From Armatimonadota bacterium (lineage in GTDB: Bacteria > Vulcanimicrobiota > Xenobia > RGZZ01), in contig VGFD01000002.1 in NCBI GenBank assembly GCA_016868975.1, positions 1-45,476 of the forward strand: a stretch of 45,476 nt of DNA, written 5' to 3'. Below, piece after piece: positions 26,316 through 35,274 of this stretch; positions within the stretch are counted from its first letter, which is position 1; every line of letters starts with the position of its first letter. The notes below the pieces were generated by a model. The model was not told the origin of the DNA and made no database searches. It saw only the letters and a program-made list of their open reading frames with translations. The translations under genes were made by a program, and so were the position numbers.

Positions 26316-27947
26316 TTGCCGACTTTTCAGGTAAAAGCGTTTCGGCTGGACGGGTCGGCCGTCCAGATGCAGATCACCGCGCGGGACAACATGGAGGCTT
26401 ACGCCACACTGGAGGCGCAGGGCCTGACTCGCATTCGCCTTCAGGAGGCCGAGCCGGCCAGCGGGACACCGTCCCTGTCCGAACTTCGGCGGGCGCGCGC
26501 GGGGGCGGAGTCGGTGGATGCCACGGTCACTGATTCGCCCGATACCTGGCCGACGCCGACCCGGGCCAATCGCCTGCAGGTGGACAAGAGCGGGGAGTCG
26601 CTGGTGGTCCGTAAGCCGAACGAGCCGCTGGTCACCCGGCAGATGCCGGGGGTCAGTGAGCCGAACGAGCCGCTGGTCACGCAGCAAATGCCGGCCGCGA
26701 AGAACCCGGACCGACCGGCCGAGTCGGTCCCGCGGCGCACGGTGTCCGCGCGGACCACCCGCGAGATGCCCGCCGAGCCGCGCACCCGCGGTCTGGCCGT
26801 GGTGGACGAGCCGCTGGAACGCTCCGAGCCTGCCCGGCCTCGTGCCGACGAAGAGCCGCCCAGCATCTGGAAGCCGCGCCCGCACAAGCCGGTGGACCCG
26901 CGCAAGCGCGCCATGCCGGCCGTGGACCGCATGAATTTCTTCAGCAGCCTGTCCGCCATGCTGAGCGCCGGAATTCCCCTGATGCGCGGCGTGCGCTCGC
27001 TGCAAGAGCAATATTCCGATCCGGTGTCGGCGGCGACCATGACCCACCTGGCGACCACGGTGGCGCAGGGGAAATCCCTGTCGACGGCCATGGCGGGGCT
27101 TCCGCTCACCTTTTCCAAGCTGCAGGTGGGCTCGGTGCGGGGGGCGGAGAACGCCGGAAATCTTCCCAGCGTGCTCGGCCGCCTGCACCGCTACGACGAG
27201 CGGACCCTCTCGCTGCGGCGCGAGGTGCAGTCGCACATGAGCTATCCCATCATGGTGTTCGGCTGCGCGCTGGTGTTGATTCTCTTTGTGGGCCGATTTT
27301 TGTTGACGGGAATGCTGCCGGTGCTCGAGCAGGCGCGGGTGAAAATCAATTTCACGACCTCGGTGGCGATTTCCATCGCGCGCGCGCTGGAGCATCCGCT
27401 GGTACTGCTGCTCTGCGTGGCGGCCGTGGCGGCGGGTGTCTGGCAGTTGATGCGCTGGCTCAAGACCCAGAGGGGCGCCTTGATCCGCGACCGCTTTCTC
27501 ATGGAGGCCCCGCTGCTCCGCGGTCCGCTGCGCAAGGTGGAGACGGTGCGCGCCTGCGAGTCGCTTGCCACGCTGTACGGCAGCGGCATGACGATTTTGC
27601 AGTGCCTGGAGGCCGTGCAGTCGTCGTCGGACAACACGGTGGTGCGCATGGCGCTGGCCAGCGTGGTGGAGGACGTCCGCGAGGGGCGCTCGCTGGCCCA
27701 GTCCCTGCAGCGCACCGGATTTTTCGACAAGACGGTGGTGCAGCTGGTCTACGTGGGCGAGGAAACCGGCAATCTCGACATGGCGTTCACCAAGATCGCG
27801 CAGTACAACGATCTCGAGGTCCGCACCGCGCTGGATCAATTTACCGCCGCAATCGAGCCGGTGATGATGGTAATTCTGGGGGTGACCGTGGGCATCATCG
27901 CGCTGATGGCGTTCGCTCCGCTGTTCCAGGTTCTGCAGACGCTGTAG
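26316..27947 (+). CDS. PilC/GspF platform protein with long Pro-rich insertion
   Basis: PilC-type N-terminus MPTFQVKA...EAQGL, LSAMLSAGIPL, GAENAGNL, VGEETGNLD...IEP. Confidence 0.9.
   Translation: MPTFQVKAFRLDGSAVQMQITARDNMEAYATLEAQGLTRIRLQEAEPASGTPSLSELRRARAGAESVDATVTDSPDTWPTPTRANRLQVDKSGESLVVRKPNEPLVTRQMPGVSEPNEPLVTQQMPAAKNPDRPAESVPRRTVSARTTREMPAEPRTRGLAVVDEPLERSEPARPRADEEPPSIWKPRPHKPVDPRKRAMPAVDRMNFFSSLSAMLSAGIPLMRGVRSLQEQYSDPVSAATMTHLATTVAQGKSLSTAMAGLPLTFSKLQVGSVRGAENAGNLPSVLGRLHRYDERTLSLRREVQSHMSYPIMVFGCALVLILFVGRFLLTGMLPVLEQARVKINFTTSVAISIARALEHPLVLLLCVAAVAAGVWQLMRWLKTQRGALIRDRFLMEAPLLRGPLRKVETVRACESLATLYGSGMTILQCLEAVQSSSDNTVVRMALASVVEDVREGRSLAQSLQRTGFFDKTVVQLVYVGEETGNLDMAFTKIAQYNDLEVRTALDQFTAAIEPVMMVILGVTVGIIALMAFAPLFQVLQTL
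26614..26696 (+). repeat. 45-bp-period tandem duplication encoding PNEPLVTxQMP twice
   Basis: AGCCGAACGAGCCGCTGGTCAC occurs at 26614 and 26659. Confidence 0.85.
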
Positions 27948-28000
27948 GAAGAGGTGACACCCCCCGGTGTCGCCAACTATTGCCCAGGAGGCCGATTTCG

Positions 28001-28636
28001 ATGAGTTTCCGAACCGTTCCGCAGAGTCGCCCGGTGGCCCGCGGCCCAAAGGGAGTGGCCGCCCTGTTTCCGCGTCAGGGCGAGTGGACCGAGGCGGACT
28101 ATCTCTCCCTTCCCGAGTCGTCACGCATTGTAGAGCTATCAAATCAAAGGCTGGTGATTCCCGACTTACCAGGCGATCGTCATCAAAATGCCGTCGTGGA
28201 ACTCGTTGCCGCCATCCGCGATTTTGTGAAACAGCGGGATCTCGGGTACGTTCGCGTGGCGCCCATGCGGGTCCGACTGTGGCCGGGCAAATTTCGCGAG
28301 CCCGACATCCTGTTTCTCACAAAGGCGCACCGAGACAGGCGCGGAGAGGAATTCTGGGGAGTGCCTGACCTCGTGGTGGAAGTCTTGTCGCCGCGTACTG
28401 AACGTTCCAGCGGAACAGAGCAGGTGGACCGCCGGGAGAAATTTCGCGAATACCAGAAGGCGGGTGTGAGCGAGTACTGGCTGGTGGATTTGAAGCTCGC
28501 CTGCATTGAGATTTTTGTCCTGCGCGACGGCATTTACGAGCTTCTAGGCAAGTGGGGAGAAACCGAGACGCTGCGCTCCGAGTTGCTCGCCGGCTTTACC
28601 ATTGACGTTGCGGGAATTGTCTGTGCGCCCGATTGA
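28001..28636 (+). CDS. Uma2 family (DUF820) PD-(D/E)xK endonuclease-like protein
   Basis: WTEADYLSLP...H...EPD...PDLVVEVLSP...KFREYQKAGVSEYWLVD. RBS AGGAGG. Confidence 0.92.
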   Translation: MSFRTVPQSRPVARGPKGVAALFPRQGEWTEADYLSLPESSRIVELSNQRLVIPDLPGDRHQNAVVELVAAIRDFVKQRDLGYVRVAPMRVRLWPGKFREPDILFLTKAHRDRRGEEFWGVPDLVVEVLSPRTERSSGTEQVDRREKFREYQKAGVSEYWLVDLKLACIEIFVLRDGIYELLGKWGETETLRSELLAGFTIDVAGIVCAPD

Positions 28637-28639
28637 GAC

Positions 28640-30709
28640 TCACACGGGGTCGACCGGGATCGACAGTGAGATCCTTCCGCGGTCCACCTCCACGGCCACG
28701 ATCTCCACCTCGATGACCTCCCCTACGGAGAGGCTCTGCCCGTGGGGAATTCTCGTGCGGTGCACGAGGCCGTCCTGCTTGACGCCGATGTCCACGAAGG
28801 CGCCGAAGTCGACGACGTTGCGCACCGTGCCGCGCAGTTGCATCCCCACCCGGAGATCCGAAGCGGACAACACGTCGCGGCGCAGCAGTGGGCCCGGCAC
28901 GTCCTCGCGGGGATCGCGGCCGGGACGGGCGAGTTGTTCGAGGATGTCGCGCAGCGTGGGCACGCCGCAGCCCAGCACGGCGGCCAGATCCTCCGCGCGC
29001 TGGCCGGTGGGGCGTTTCATCACCTCGCGCGCCACCGCGTAGCTCTCCGGATGAATCGCGGTGTTGTCGAGCGGCTCCTTGCCTCCGCGCACGCGCAAGA
29101 ATCCAGCCGCCTGCTCGAACGCTTTGGGCCCCAGCCCGGCTACCCCCAGAAGGGTTTGGCGGCTGTTAAAAGGGCCGTTTTTATTCCGATGGGCCACGAT
29201 TTTCTCGGCTAATTTCGGACCCACGCCCGCCACGTGGGTGAGCAGGGCGGGGGAGGCCGTGTTCACCTCCACCCCGACGCGGTTCACCACGCTCTCCACC
29301 ACGCCGTCCAGCGCTTTCTTCAGGTTGCCCTGCTCGAGGTCGTGCTGGTACAACCCCACGCCGATCGACTGCGGATCGATTTTCACCAGTTCGGCCAGCG
29401 GATCTTGCACCCGCCGCGCGATCGACACCGCGCCCCGCATGCTCACATCGAGGTCCGGCAATTCCGCGCGGGCCAGCGGGCTTGCCGAGTACACGCTGGC
29501 CCCGGCTTCGTTCACCATTAAATAGTGCACCTTTGGAAAATCCGCCAGCAGTGCCGCGACGAGCGATTCTGTTTCCCGCGACGCCGTTCCGTTGCCGATG
29601 GCCAGCAGCGTGCCGTGGTGACGCCGCAGCAGGCCGGCCAGTGTCTGCAGCGCATCCTCGCGGCGATTTTGCGGGGGATGTGGATACATCGTGGCGGTGT
29701 CGAGCACCTTGCCGGTGGGATCTACCACCGCGACCTTGCAGCCGGTGCGAAACCCTGGATCGACGCCCAGCACCACCTGCCCGCCCAGCGGCGGCTGGCC
29801 GAGCAGCGCCCGCAGATTCTCCCCGAACACCGCGATCGCATGGGCCTGCGCATGCTCGGTGAGCGCGCGGCGCACGTCGCGCTCAATGGCGGGCAACAGC
29901 AGGCGGTCGGCCGCGTCCTCGACGGCGAGGCGCAGTTGCTCGCTCCAGGGGGATCGCGTGTCGGGCCGGAAGTCGGCCGCAATGGCGTCGCGCCAGTCGC
30001 GCTCGGGGACCACGATCTTCACGCGCAGCACCTTCTCCGCCTCGCCGCGGTCCATCGCCAGGATTTGATGGGGTCGCAGGCGCGAGACGCCCGCGTTGAA
30101 GGAATAGTAGTCGCGGAAGACCTGTCGCTCGTCCTCGGACCTGGGCGCGCGCGCGCATTCGATCGACGCGAAGCGGAGCGCCTTGTCCCGCAGCCTGCCG
30201 CGCACGTCGGGATGGTCGGCGATGATCTCCGCCACGATGTCGCGGGCCCCGGCCAGCGCGGCGTCGCTGTCCGCGACCTCGTCGCCCAGGTAGCGCCGGG
30301 CGGCCTCCGCGGGTCGGCTGTTGGGCGGCTGTTCGATTATCTGGCGGGCCAGCGGCTCCAGCCCGCGCTCCCGGGCCACCGTGGCGCGCGAGCGGCGCTT
30401 CGGCCGGTACGGCGCGTACAGATCCTCCAGCGCGGTGAGCGTCTCCGCTTCGTGAAGGCGCTTGCGGAGCGCGTCGCTGAGCTTTCCCTGCTCTTCGACG
30501 GAGGCTTCGATGGCGGCGCGCCGCTGTTCGAGCGCGCGCAGTTGCCCGATGCGGTCGATGACCTTGCGCAATTGCTCCTCGTCGAGCCCGCCGGTCGCCT
30601 CCTTGCGGTAGCGCGCGATGAAGGGCAGGGTGTTTCCGGCGTCAAGCAGGTCGGCGGTGGCGGCCACCTGCTGCGGGCGAACGTTCAGCTCTCGGGCGAT
30701 GCGGTCCAT
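28640..30709 (-). CDS. tex: Tex family RNA-binding transcription accessory protein
   Basis: PFIARYRKEATG, GVDPGFRTGCK, EAGASVYSAS, GVGLYQHD, HhH, C-terminal S1 (FGAFVDIG). Confidence 0.96.
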   Translation of the reverse strand: MDRIARELNVRPQQVAATADLLDAGNTLPFIARYRKEATGGLDEEQLRKVIDRIGQLRALEQRRAAIEASVEEQGKLSDALRKRLHEAETLTALEDLYAPYRPKRRSRATVARERGLEPLARQIIEQPPNSRPAEAARRYLGDEVADSDAALAGARDIVAEIIADHPDVRGRLRDKALRFASIECARAPRSEDERQVFRDYYSFNAGVSRLRPHQILAMDRGEAEKVLRVKIVVPERDWRDAIAADFRPDTRSPWSEQLRLAVEDAADRLLLPAIERDVRRALTEHAQAHAIAVFGENLRALLGQPPLGGQVVLGVDPGFRTGCKVAVVDPTGKVLDTATMYPHPPQNRREDALQTLAGLLRRHHGTLLAIGNGTASRETESLVAALLADFPKVHYLMVNEAGASVYSASPLARAELPDLDVSMRGAVSIARRVQDPLAELVKIDPQSIGVGLYQHDLEQGNLKKALDGVVESVVNRVGVEVNTASPALLTHVAGVGPKLAEKIVAHRNKNGPFNSRQTLLGVAGLGPKAFEQAAGFLRVRGGKEPLDNTAIHPESYAVAREVMKRPTGQRAEDLAAVLGCGVPTLRDILEQLARPGRDPREDVPGPLLRRDVLSASDLRVGMQLRGTVRNVVDFGAFVDIGVKQDGLVHRTRIPHGQSLSVGEVIEVEIVAVEVDRGRISLSIPVDPV

Positions 30710-30712
30710 GCT

Positions 30713-30744
30713 TTGAGGTTTTTTTCAGACGTTTGCGGTACCCT
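30713..30744 (+). promoter_or_regulatory. Promoter TTGAGG-N5-TTCAGA-N9-TACCCT
   Basis: Same spacing as the 11716-11685 and 43514-43545 motifs. ATG 30753 follows 8 nt later. Confidence 0.6.
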
Positions 30745-30752
30745 GCTCCTTG

Positions 30753-31304
30753 ATGGACGCTATCGGCAATCAAAGAATCACTGCCCGCCTGAACGTGGCG
30801 AACGCCTTTGCCACGCGGGGCGGCTTTCCCACCGCTCCCGACCTGGGCGGCTTCGTCAGCCTTGCGGACACGGTGTGGCTTACCCCGCCGCCCGCGATGC
30901 CGATGTCCGACGCCGACCTGAACGCCTTCCTGAGCAAGATGCGCGAGATGAAGCAGCAGGCGCTGCGCGACCGCGCGCTGCGCGGCGGCTCGCCCGGCGG
31001 GCCGGTCAACCCGGAGAAGGACAAGGAGAAGCAGGGTCCGCTCGACGTGAAGGCCCACGGATACTACGAGGGCGACAAGTTGATCGCGGTGCGCGAGATC
31101 CGCGTGTTCGAAGTGGGAAATTATCGCAAGCGAACTTACAACACGTTCCCCGGCGGCTGGCCGGACAACTCGCTGCGCATGGACAACGCGCGGGTTGGAA
31201 AAACCTACCGCGTGAAAGTGACCTGGGAGAACGGGACTAGCCAGGAAAAAGACGTTGCCATGGATTCTCCCAACGGCACCAGCGTCGACGTCTGGAAATA
31301 CTGA
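30753..31304 (+). CDS. Hypothetical protein, flexible N-terminus and beta-rich C-terminal domain
   Basis: MDAIGNQ...ADTVWLT; C-terminal YRVKVTWENG. Coding-like codon bias, no signal peptide. Confidence 0.7.
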   Translation: MDAIGNQRITARLNVANAFATRGGFPTAPDLGGFVSLADTVWLTPPPAMPMSDADLNAFLSKMREMKQQALRDRALRGGSPGGPVNPEKDKEKQGPLDVKAHGYYEGDKLIAVREIRVFEVGNYRKRTYNTFPGGWPDNSLRMDNARVGKTYRVKVTWENGTSQEKDVAMDSPNGTSVDVWKY

Positions 31305-31313
31305 TCGCGCCAA

Positions 31314-31688
31314 TCAGGTTTCGGAATCGCTGCGGTTGCGCTGAATGAACTCCGCCCAGCGCTTTTCAATTTCTGGGGACAGCTCGTTGAATTGCAGGCC
31401 GCCCACAAATTGACGCTCGCCTTCAGTGTTGAGCCACACCACATGGCCGTGCATGGAAACCGGCTTTGACTCCGGCGACAGCACCACGAAGAGCGTGACT
31501 TCCTCGTTGACGTACACCGGGTGCTGGCTGACGAAGCGCATCCCGCCAACGCTGACATCGTCGGTGAAAATGTTGAAGTCCTCGCCGCGCTGGCGACACA
31601 CCACGCCGAGAATCATGCGGATCCGCTCGAACTCCCGCTGCTCGGAAACCTCAGTGGTGGGCTCCTCCTGGCGCCGGAACCACTTCAT
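31314..31688 (-). CDS. Single-domain PilZ protein
   Basis: RxxxR (REFER) and DxSxxG (DVSVGG) motifs, G-x-VVW, GLQF. Confidence 0.88.
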   Translation of the reverse strand: MKWFRRQEEPTTEVSEQREFERIRMILGVVCRQRGEDFNIFTDDVSVGGMRFVSQHPVYVNEEVTLFVVLSPESKPVSMHGHVVWLNTEGERQFVGGLQFNELSPEIEKRWAEFIQRNRSDSET

Positions 31689-31689
31689 C

Positions 31690-31983
31690 TCACACGCTTG
31701 CCTCCTTGAAGTGCTTTACGAACAAATAGTCCTTTTCGAGATACTCGCGCGCGGCCTCGATAAGGGCCTCGTTGGTGATGCGGTCGTCCACCGCGATGAC
31801 CGCCGCGAAGATGGCGGAGCGATCCAGGTAGCGGCCCCTGGTTTCCTCATCGCGGGCCAGTTCCTCGACGCGTGTCTTGATGTTGCGCAGCACTTCCTTC
31901 TCTTCGGGGGACACCGAGGCCATGCACTGACCGAGCCGCTCTCCGGCGGTTTCCAGCTCGTTCTGGTACGGATTCTCTGACAT
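31690..31983 (-). CDS. Small hypothetical helical protein
   Basis: MSENPYQNE... with RBS GAGGAG. Its stop lies 1 nt before the PilZ start. Confidence 0.7.
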   Translation of the reverse strand: MSENPYQNELETAGERLGQCMASVSPEEKEVLRNIKTRVEELARDEETRGRYLDRSAIFAAVIAVDDRITNEALIEAAREYLEKDYLFVKHFKEASV

Positions 31984-32045
31984 GCTGCGCTCCTCTCGTG
32001 GTGGGGCTGACGGCTTCCCGCTGGGGAGCCGCGTTCGGCCCCTGT

Positions 32046-32891
32046 TCAACGCCGCGCCGAAGGTTCCCCCCACTGCGGCGCGCCGGGCGGCGGCACCCGA
32101 CAGGCCGGGGGATAGTCCACGCGCACCAGACACAGTCCCTGGGGGGGCGCGGGCGCCGACGCCTGCCGCGCGTCGCGTCCGCGTAGCACGCGCGCCGCGG
32201 TGCCCGGGGGACGCCGCCCGGCCGCGACGTCCACCAGCGTGGCCACCAGCATCCGCACCATGCGGGGAAGAAACGCGTCCGCCTCGATCTCGAGATGCCA
32301 CAGGGGCAGGCGCTCGACGAGGTACGACGGGGATGCCGCCCCCGGCGCGAGCCGCCGCCATTCGAGCCGGTGGATGGTCCGGAAGTAGTGCTTGAGGTCC
32401 TCCCCGCCGCTGCAAAACGCGCGGAAGTCGCGCCGGCCCAGGAGCGCGGCCCCCTCACTTTGCAGCAGGTCGAAGTCAATCTCGCGGGAATAGTGCCACG
32501 CGCGCTGGGCCACCACGGGCCGTGGGGTGGCAGCCACCAGCAGGTGATACTGGTAGGTGCGGCGCGAGGCGCTGTGCCGCGCGTGGAACCAGGGCGGCGC
32601 TTCCCAGGCGTGGCGCACCCCGATGCGCCCGTGCGCGTTCCGCACCAGGGCGCGCACCAGCGTGTCCAGGGGGCGCGCGGACTCGGTCCGCACGTGCACC
32701 ACCTGTCCGGTGGCGTGCACCCCCGCGTCGGTGCGCCCGGCGCACACCACGGTGACCGGCTCGTCGAGCACCTCCGAGCAGATGTCCTCCAGCAGGCCCT
32801 GCACGGTGGGGATGGCGGGGTCCTTCTGGCGCTGGTAGCCGAGAAATCCGCCGCCGTCGTACTCGATCCGCATGGCGATGCGGCGGGTCAC
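32046..32891 (-). CDS. truA: tRNA pseudouridine(38-40) synthase
   Basis: YDG..F.GYQ.Q, AGRTDAGVHA.GQV, FHAR, DF..F, FL..MVR, APPQGLCL..V.Y. GTG overlaps the ecfT stop. Confidence 0.95.
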   Translation of the reverse strand: MTRRIAMRIEYDGGGFLGYQRQKDPAIPTVQGLLEDICSEVLDEPVTVVCAGRTDAGVHATGQVVHVRTESARPLDTLVRALVRNAHGRIGVRHAWEAPPWFHARHSASRRTYQYHLLVAATPRPVVAQRAWHYSREIDFDLLQSEGAALLGRRDFRAFCSGGEDLKHYFRTIHRLEWRRLAPGAASPSYLVERLPLWHLEIEADAFLPRMVRMLVATLVDVAAGRRPPGTAARVLRGRDARQASAPAPPQGLCLVRVDYPPACRVPPPGAPQWGEPSARR

Positions 32892-33688
32892 GGGAGCCAC
32901 GGCGTTCCGGCCAGCAGCAATCCCCCGAGCAGCAGCGCGAGGACGTCGGTCCAGCGGAACTCCAGGCCCACCATGCGGGTGCGTCGGACGCCGCCGCGGT
33001 AGCAGCGCGCCTCCATGGCGACGGCGAGATCCTCGGCCGCGCCGAACGCCTGCACGAAGAGGGGGACCAGTACCGGGACAAGCACCCGCGCGCGGCCCAG
33101 CGGCCCGCCCTGGTCGAAGCGGGCGCCGCGGGCCATCTGCGCCTTGATGATGCGCTCGGCGCACTCCACCAGCGTCGGGATGAAGCGCAGCGCGATGCTG
33201 GTCATCATCGCGAGCTCGGTGGTCGGCACGCGCAGGATGCGCAACGGGGCCAGCAGTTTTTCCAGCGCGTCCGTCATGCGAATGGGGGAGGTGGTCAGGG
33301 TGAACAGCGAGGTGAGCAGCATCAACAGCGAAAGGCGGGCGGCCATGAGGCCGGCCTGGGACACGCCGTCCTGGGTGACGCGCAGCGGTCCCAGGGCATA
33401 GAGGAGCGGACCGCCGCGGACCAGCAGCATGTTGAACGCCACGGTGATGGCCAGCAGCATCGCGATGGCCCGCAACCCGCCCAGGAAATAGCGCGGCGTG
33501 AGCCCGGCGGCGAGCGCTCCGGCCACGCACCAGACGAGCATGGCGGCGAGAGACGCCGGGCGGCTCACGTTGAAAGTGACCACCATCGCCGCCACCAGCA
33601 GAAATATCTTGGTGCGTGGATCGAGCCGATGCACGGGACTGTCGCCCGGCACGAACTGACCCACGGTCACGTGCCGCATCAGTTCCAC
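32888..33688 (-). CDS. ecfT: ECF transporter transmembrane component T
   Basis: GQF.PG.S.VH.LDPR.K, IALRFIPTL, AQMARG, AMEARCY. Confidence 0.95.
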   Translation of the reverse strand: MELMRHVTVGQFVPGDSPVHRLDPRTKIFLLVAAMVVTFNVSRPASLAAMLVWCVAGALAAGLTPRYFLGGLRAIAMLLAITVAFNMLLVRGGPLLYALGPLRVTQDGVSQAGLMAARLSLLMLLTSLFTLTTSPIRMTDALEKLLAPLRILRVPTTELAMMTSIALRFIPTLVECAERIIKAQMARGARFDQGGPLGRARVLVPVLVPLFVQAFGAAEDLAVAMEARCYRGGVRRTRMVGLEFRWTDVLALLLGGLLLAGTPWLP

Positions 33689-33764
33689 GGCGGCAGCCTT
33701 TCAACGAACCTTCGCCGCTTTCCTCATGCCGTGCTACATTGTTTCTTCTGTGGAGGTTTGAGCC

Positions 33765-34119
33765 GTGAAACTGGATCATCTGCACCTGCACTCCGCCGAT
33801 CTTGGCGCAGCCCAGGGGTTCTACGAGAAATGGTTTGGCTTCCGGAAGTGCCCCCACGAAGAGCCGATGCTTTCCTGAAGAATCCGGACGGATTCTTGCT
33901 GGCAATATTTCCCACCGAGGCTGGCGAGCGGCCGATTCCGGACTGGTTTCACTTCGGGTTTTCGCTGCCGTCGGGCGCGCAGGTCGAGGCGCTTTACGAC
34001 GAAATGAGGGCGGCTGGCGTGAAATCACCAGCCGCGGCCTGATGCGCTTCGATGACGCCGTCACGTTCTACTGTATGGATCCCGACGGCCACAAGGTCGA
34101 AGTGCGCTGGGAGGCCTAG
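33765..34119 (+). pseudogene. VOC/glyoxalase family gene with two 1-nt deletions (or sequencing errors)
   Basis: GTG with RBS GGAGG. LDHLHL...FYEKWFGF / FLKNPDGF...FHFGF / FYCMDPDGHKVEV lie in three frames, with breaks at 33871-33873 and 34021. Confidence 0.85.
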
Positions 34120-34160
34120 TCACGGGTGGCCGCCTGCGGTTTATCTCCAGCGTAGGGCTC

Positions 34161-35132
34161 TTATTTGACTACTTTGTAGGTCACGGTGCTCAGCCCGTAC
34201 ACCGCGTCCCGCGGGTTGAAGCGGGTGTTCGGGCCGATGCTCTTGTAGCGGGTGGACATCTGGCTGGCGCGCTCGGCGATCATTTTCTGGATCGCCTTGG
34301 CGGTGTCGGTCACGAACTCGTCGGAGGACGCGACCGGAATGACGCCGCCCTCTTCCCACGCCTCTTCGCGCGCGGCGGTAGTGGCTGGCGGCTTTGAAGC
34401 CTGGGGTTTGGCGGCCTGGGGCTTCGCGGCCTGGGGGGCCGGCGGCTTCGCGGGCTGCGGCTTGGGCGCCGGGGGCGTCGCGGCCGGCGGCTTCGCGGGA
34501 GGAGGCGGCGGCGCGGCCGGGCCGTCGGTTTCAAACTCGTCGGAGGCGACGACCGTGGACGTCGTGGCGTTGGCCTGCGGTTTGGGAGTCTGCACGGTGG
34601 CCGGGCGCGTCGGGGACGGAGCCGGCGGGCGCGGCGTCGAAACCGGCGCGGCCGTCTGCGGGCGGGGCTTGTTGGCCATGCCGCTGATCTTGTGGAAGGC
34701 GGCCATGTCCAGGGGTTTCTCGGTGGCGATGACCTGAATGGTTTCCTTGCCGACCGGGCCGTATTGTCGCAGCAGTTGTCCCGCGTTGTCCCTCAGGTGG
34801 AACGCCTCGCCGGCCTGCACTCGATTTTCGGAAGAGAACGGGCTCGGGCAGATGATGGACGTCTGTCCTTTGGAATTGATGTAATAGAGCACGATGTAGC
34901 AATCGCGCGCCGCGGTGATGGTGACGTCCATCTCGTCGCCGATGCGGTACACCGGCTTGTTCGTCTTCAGGGTCACCGGGAAGCGCGCCCACCTGTTTGC
35001 CTGGCTGGCCAGCGCCGGTTGGGCTCCGATGTTCTTGGTGTCGATGGATTTCTCGGTAACCATGGCGGGCGCGGCATAAGCGGCGCCGCTGGCCCATGCG
35101 GCCAGGAGCAGGCTGAGCAGAAACTTCTTCAA
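34161..35132 (-). CDS. Secreted DUF4384-like protein with Pro/Ala-rich linker
   Basis: TTG 35132 with RBS AGGAGG and Sec signal KKFLLSLLLAAWASGAAYA. YRIGD...DCYIVL...P...GKETIQVIAT..PL. Confidence 0.75.
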   Translation of the reverse strand: MKKFLLSLLLAAWASGAAYAAPAMVTEKSIDTKNIGAQPALASQANRWARFPVTLKTNKPVYRIGDEMDVTITAARDCYIVLYYINSKGQTSIICPSPFSSENRVQAGEAFHLRDNAGQLLRQYGPVGKETIQVIATEKPLDMAAFHKISGMANKPRPQTAAPVSTPRPPAPSPTRPATVQTPKPQANATTSTVVASDEFETDGPAAPPPPPAKPPAATPPAPKPQPAKPPAPQAAKPQAAKPQASKPPATTAAREEAWEEGGVIPVASSDEFVTDTAKAIQKMIAERASQMSTRYKSIGPNTRFNPRDAVYGLSTVTYKVVK

Positions 35133-35274
35133 GGTGTTGACCCTCCTTTTCGGGGCGACTGTCGCCACCACCCCTTTGACGCGAATCGCGCATGTTTCTT
35201 GCACGTCGCCGGATCTCCTCGCCCCGGCCTTTAGCCGCAGGATTCGACTCAAGGCGCGCGAAGATTGGCGCCGC

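Noticed and set aside
24309-28636. Prophage or integrative element marked by the TA pair and Uma2
   Set aside because: No integrase, transposase, att repeats or phage genes were seen.
32892-34064. 672-aa extended TruA ORF
   Set aside because: The extension overlaps ecfT out of frame; the real start is GTG 32891.
33765-34119. Programmed ribosomal frameshifting in the VOC gene
   Set aside because: It would need two shifts, and no slippery heptamer or stimulatory structure is visible.
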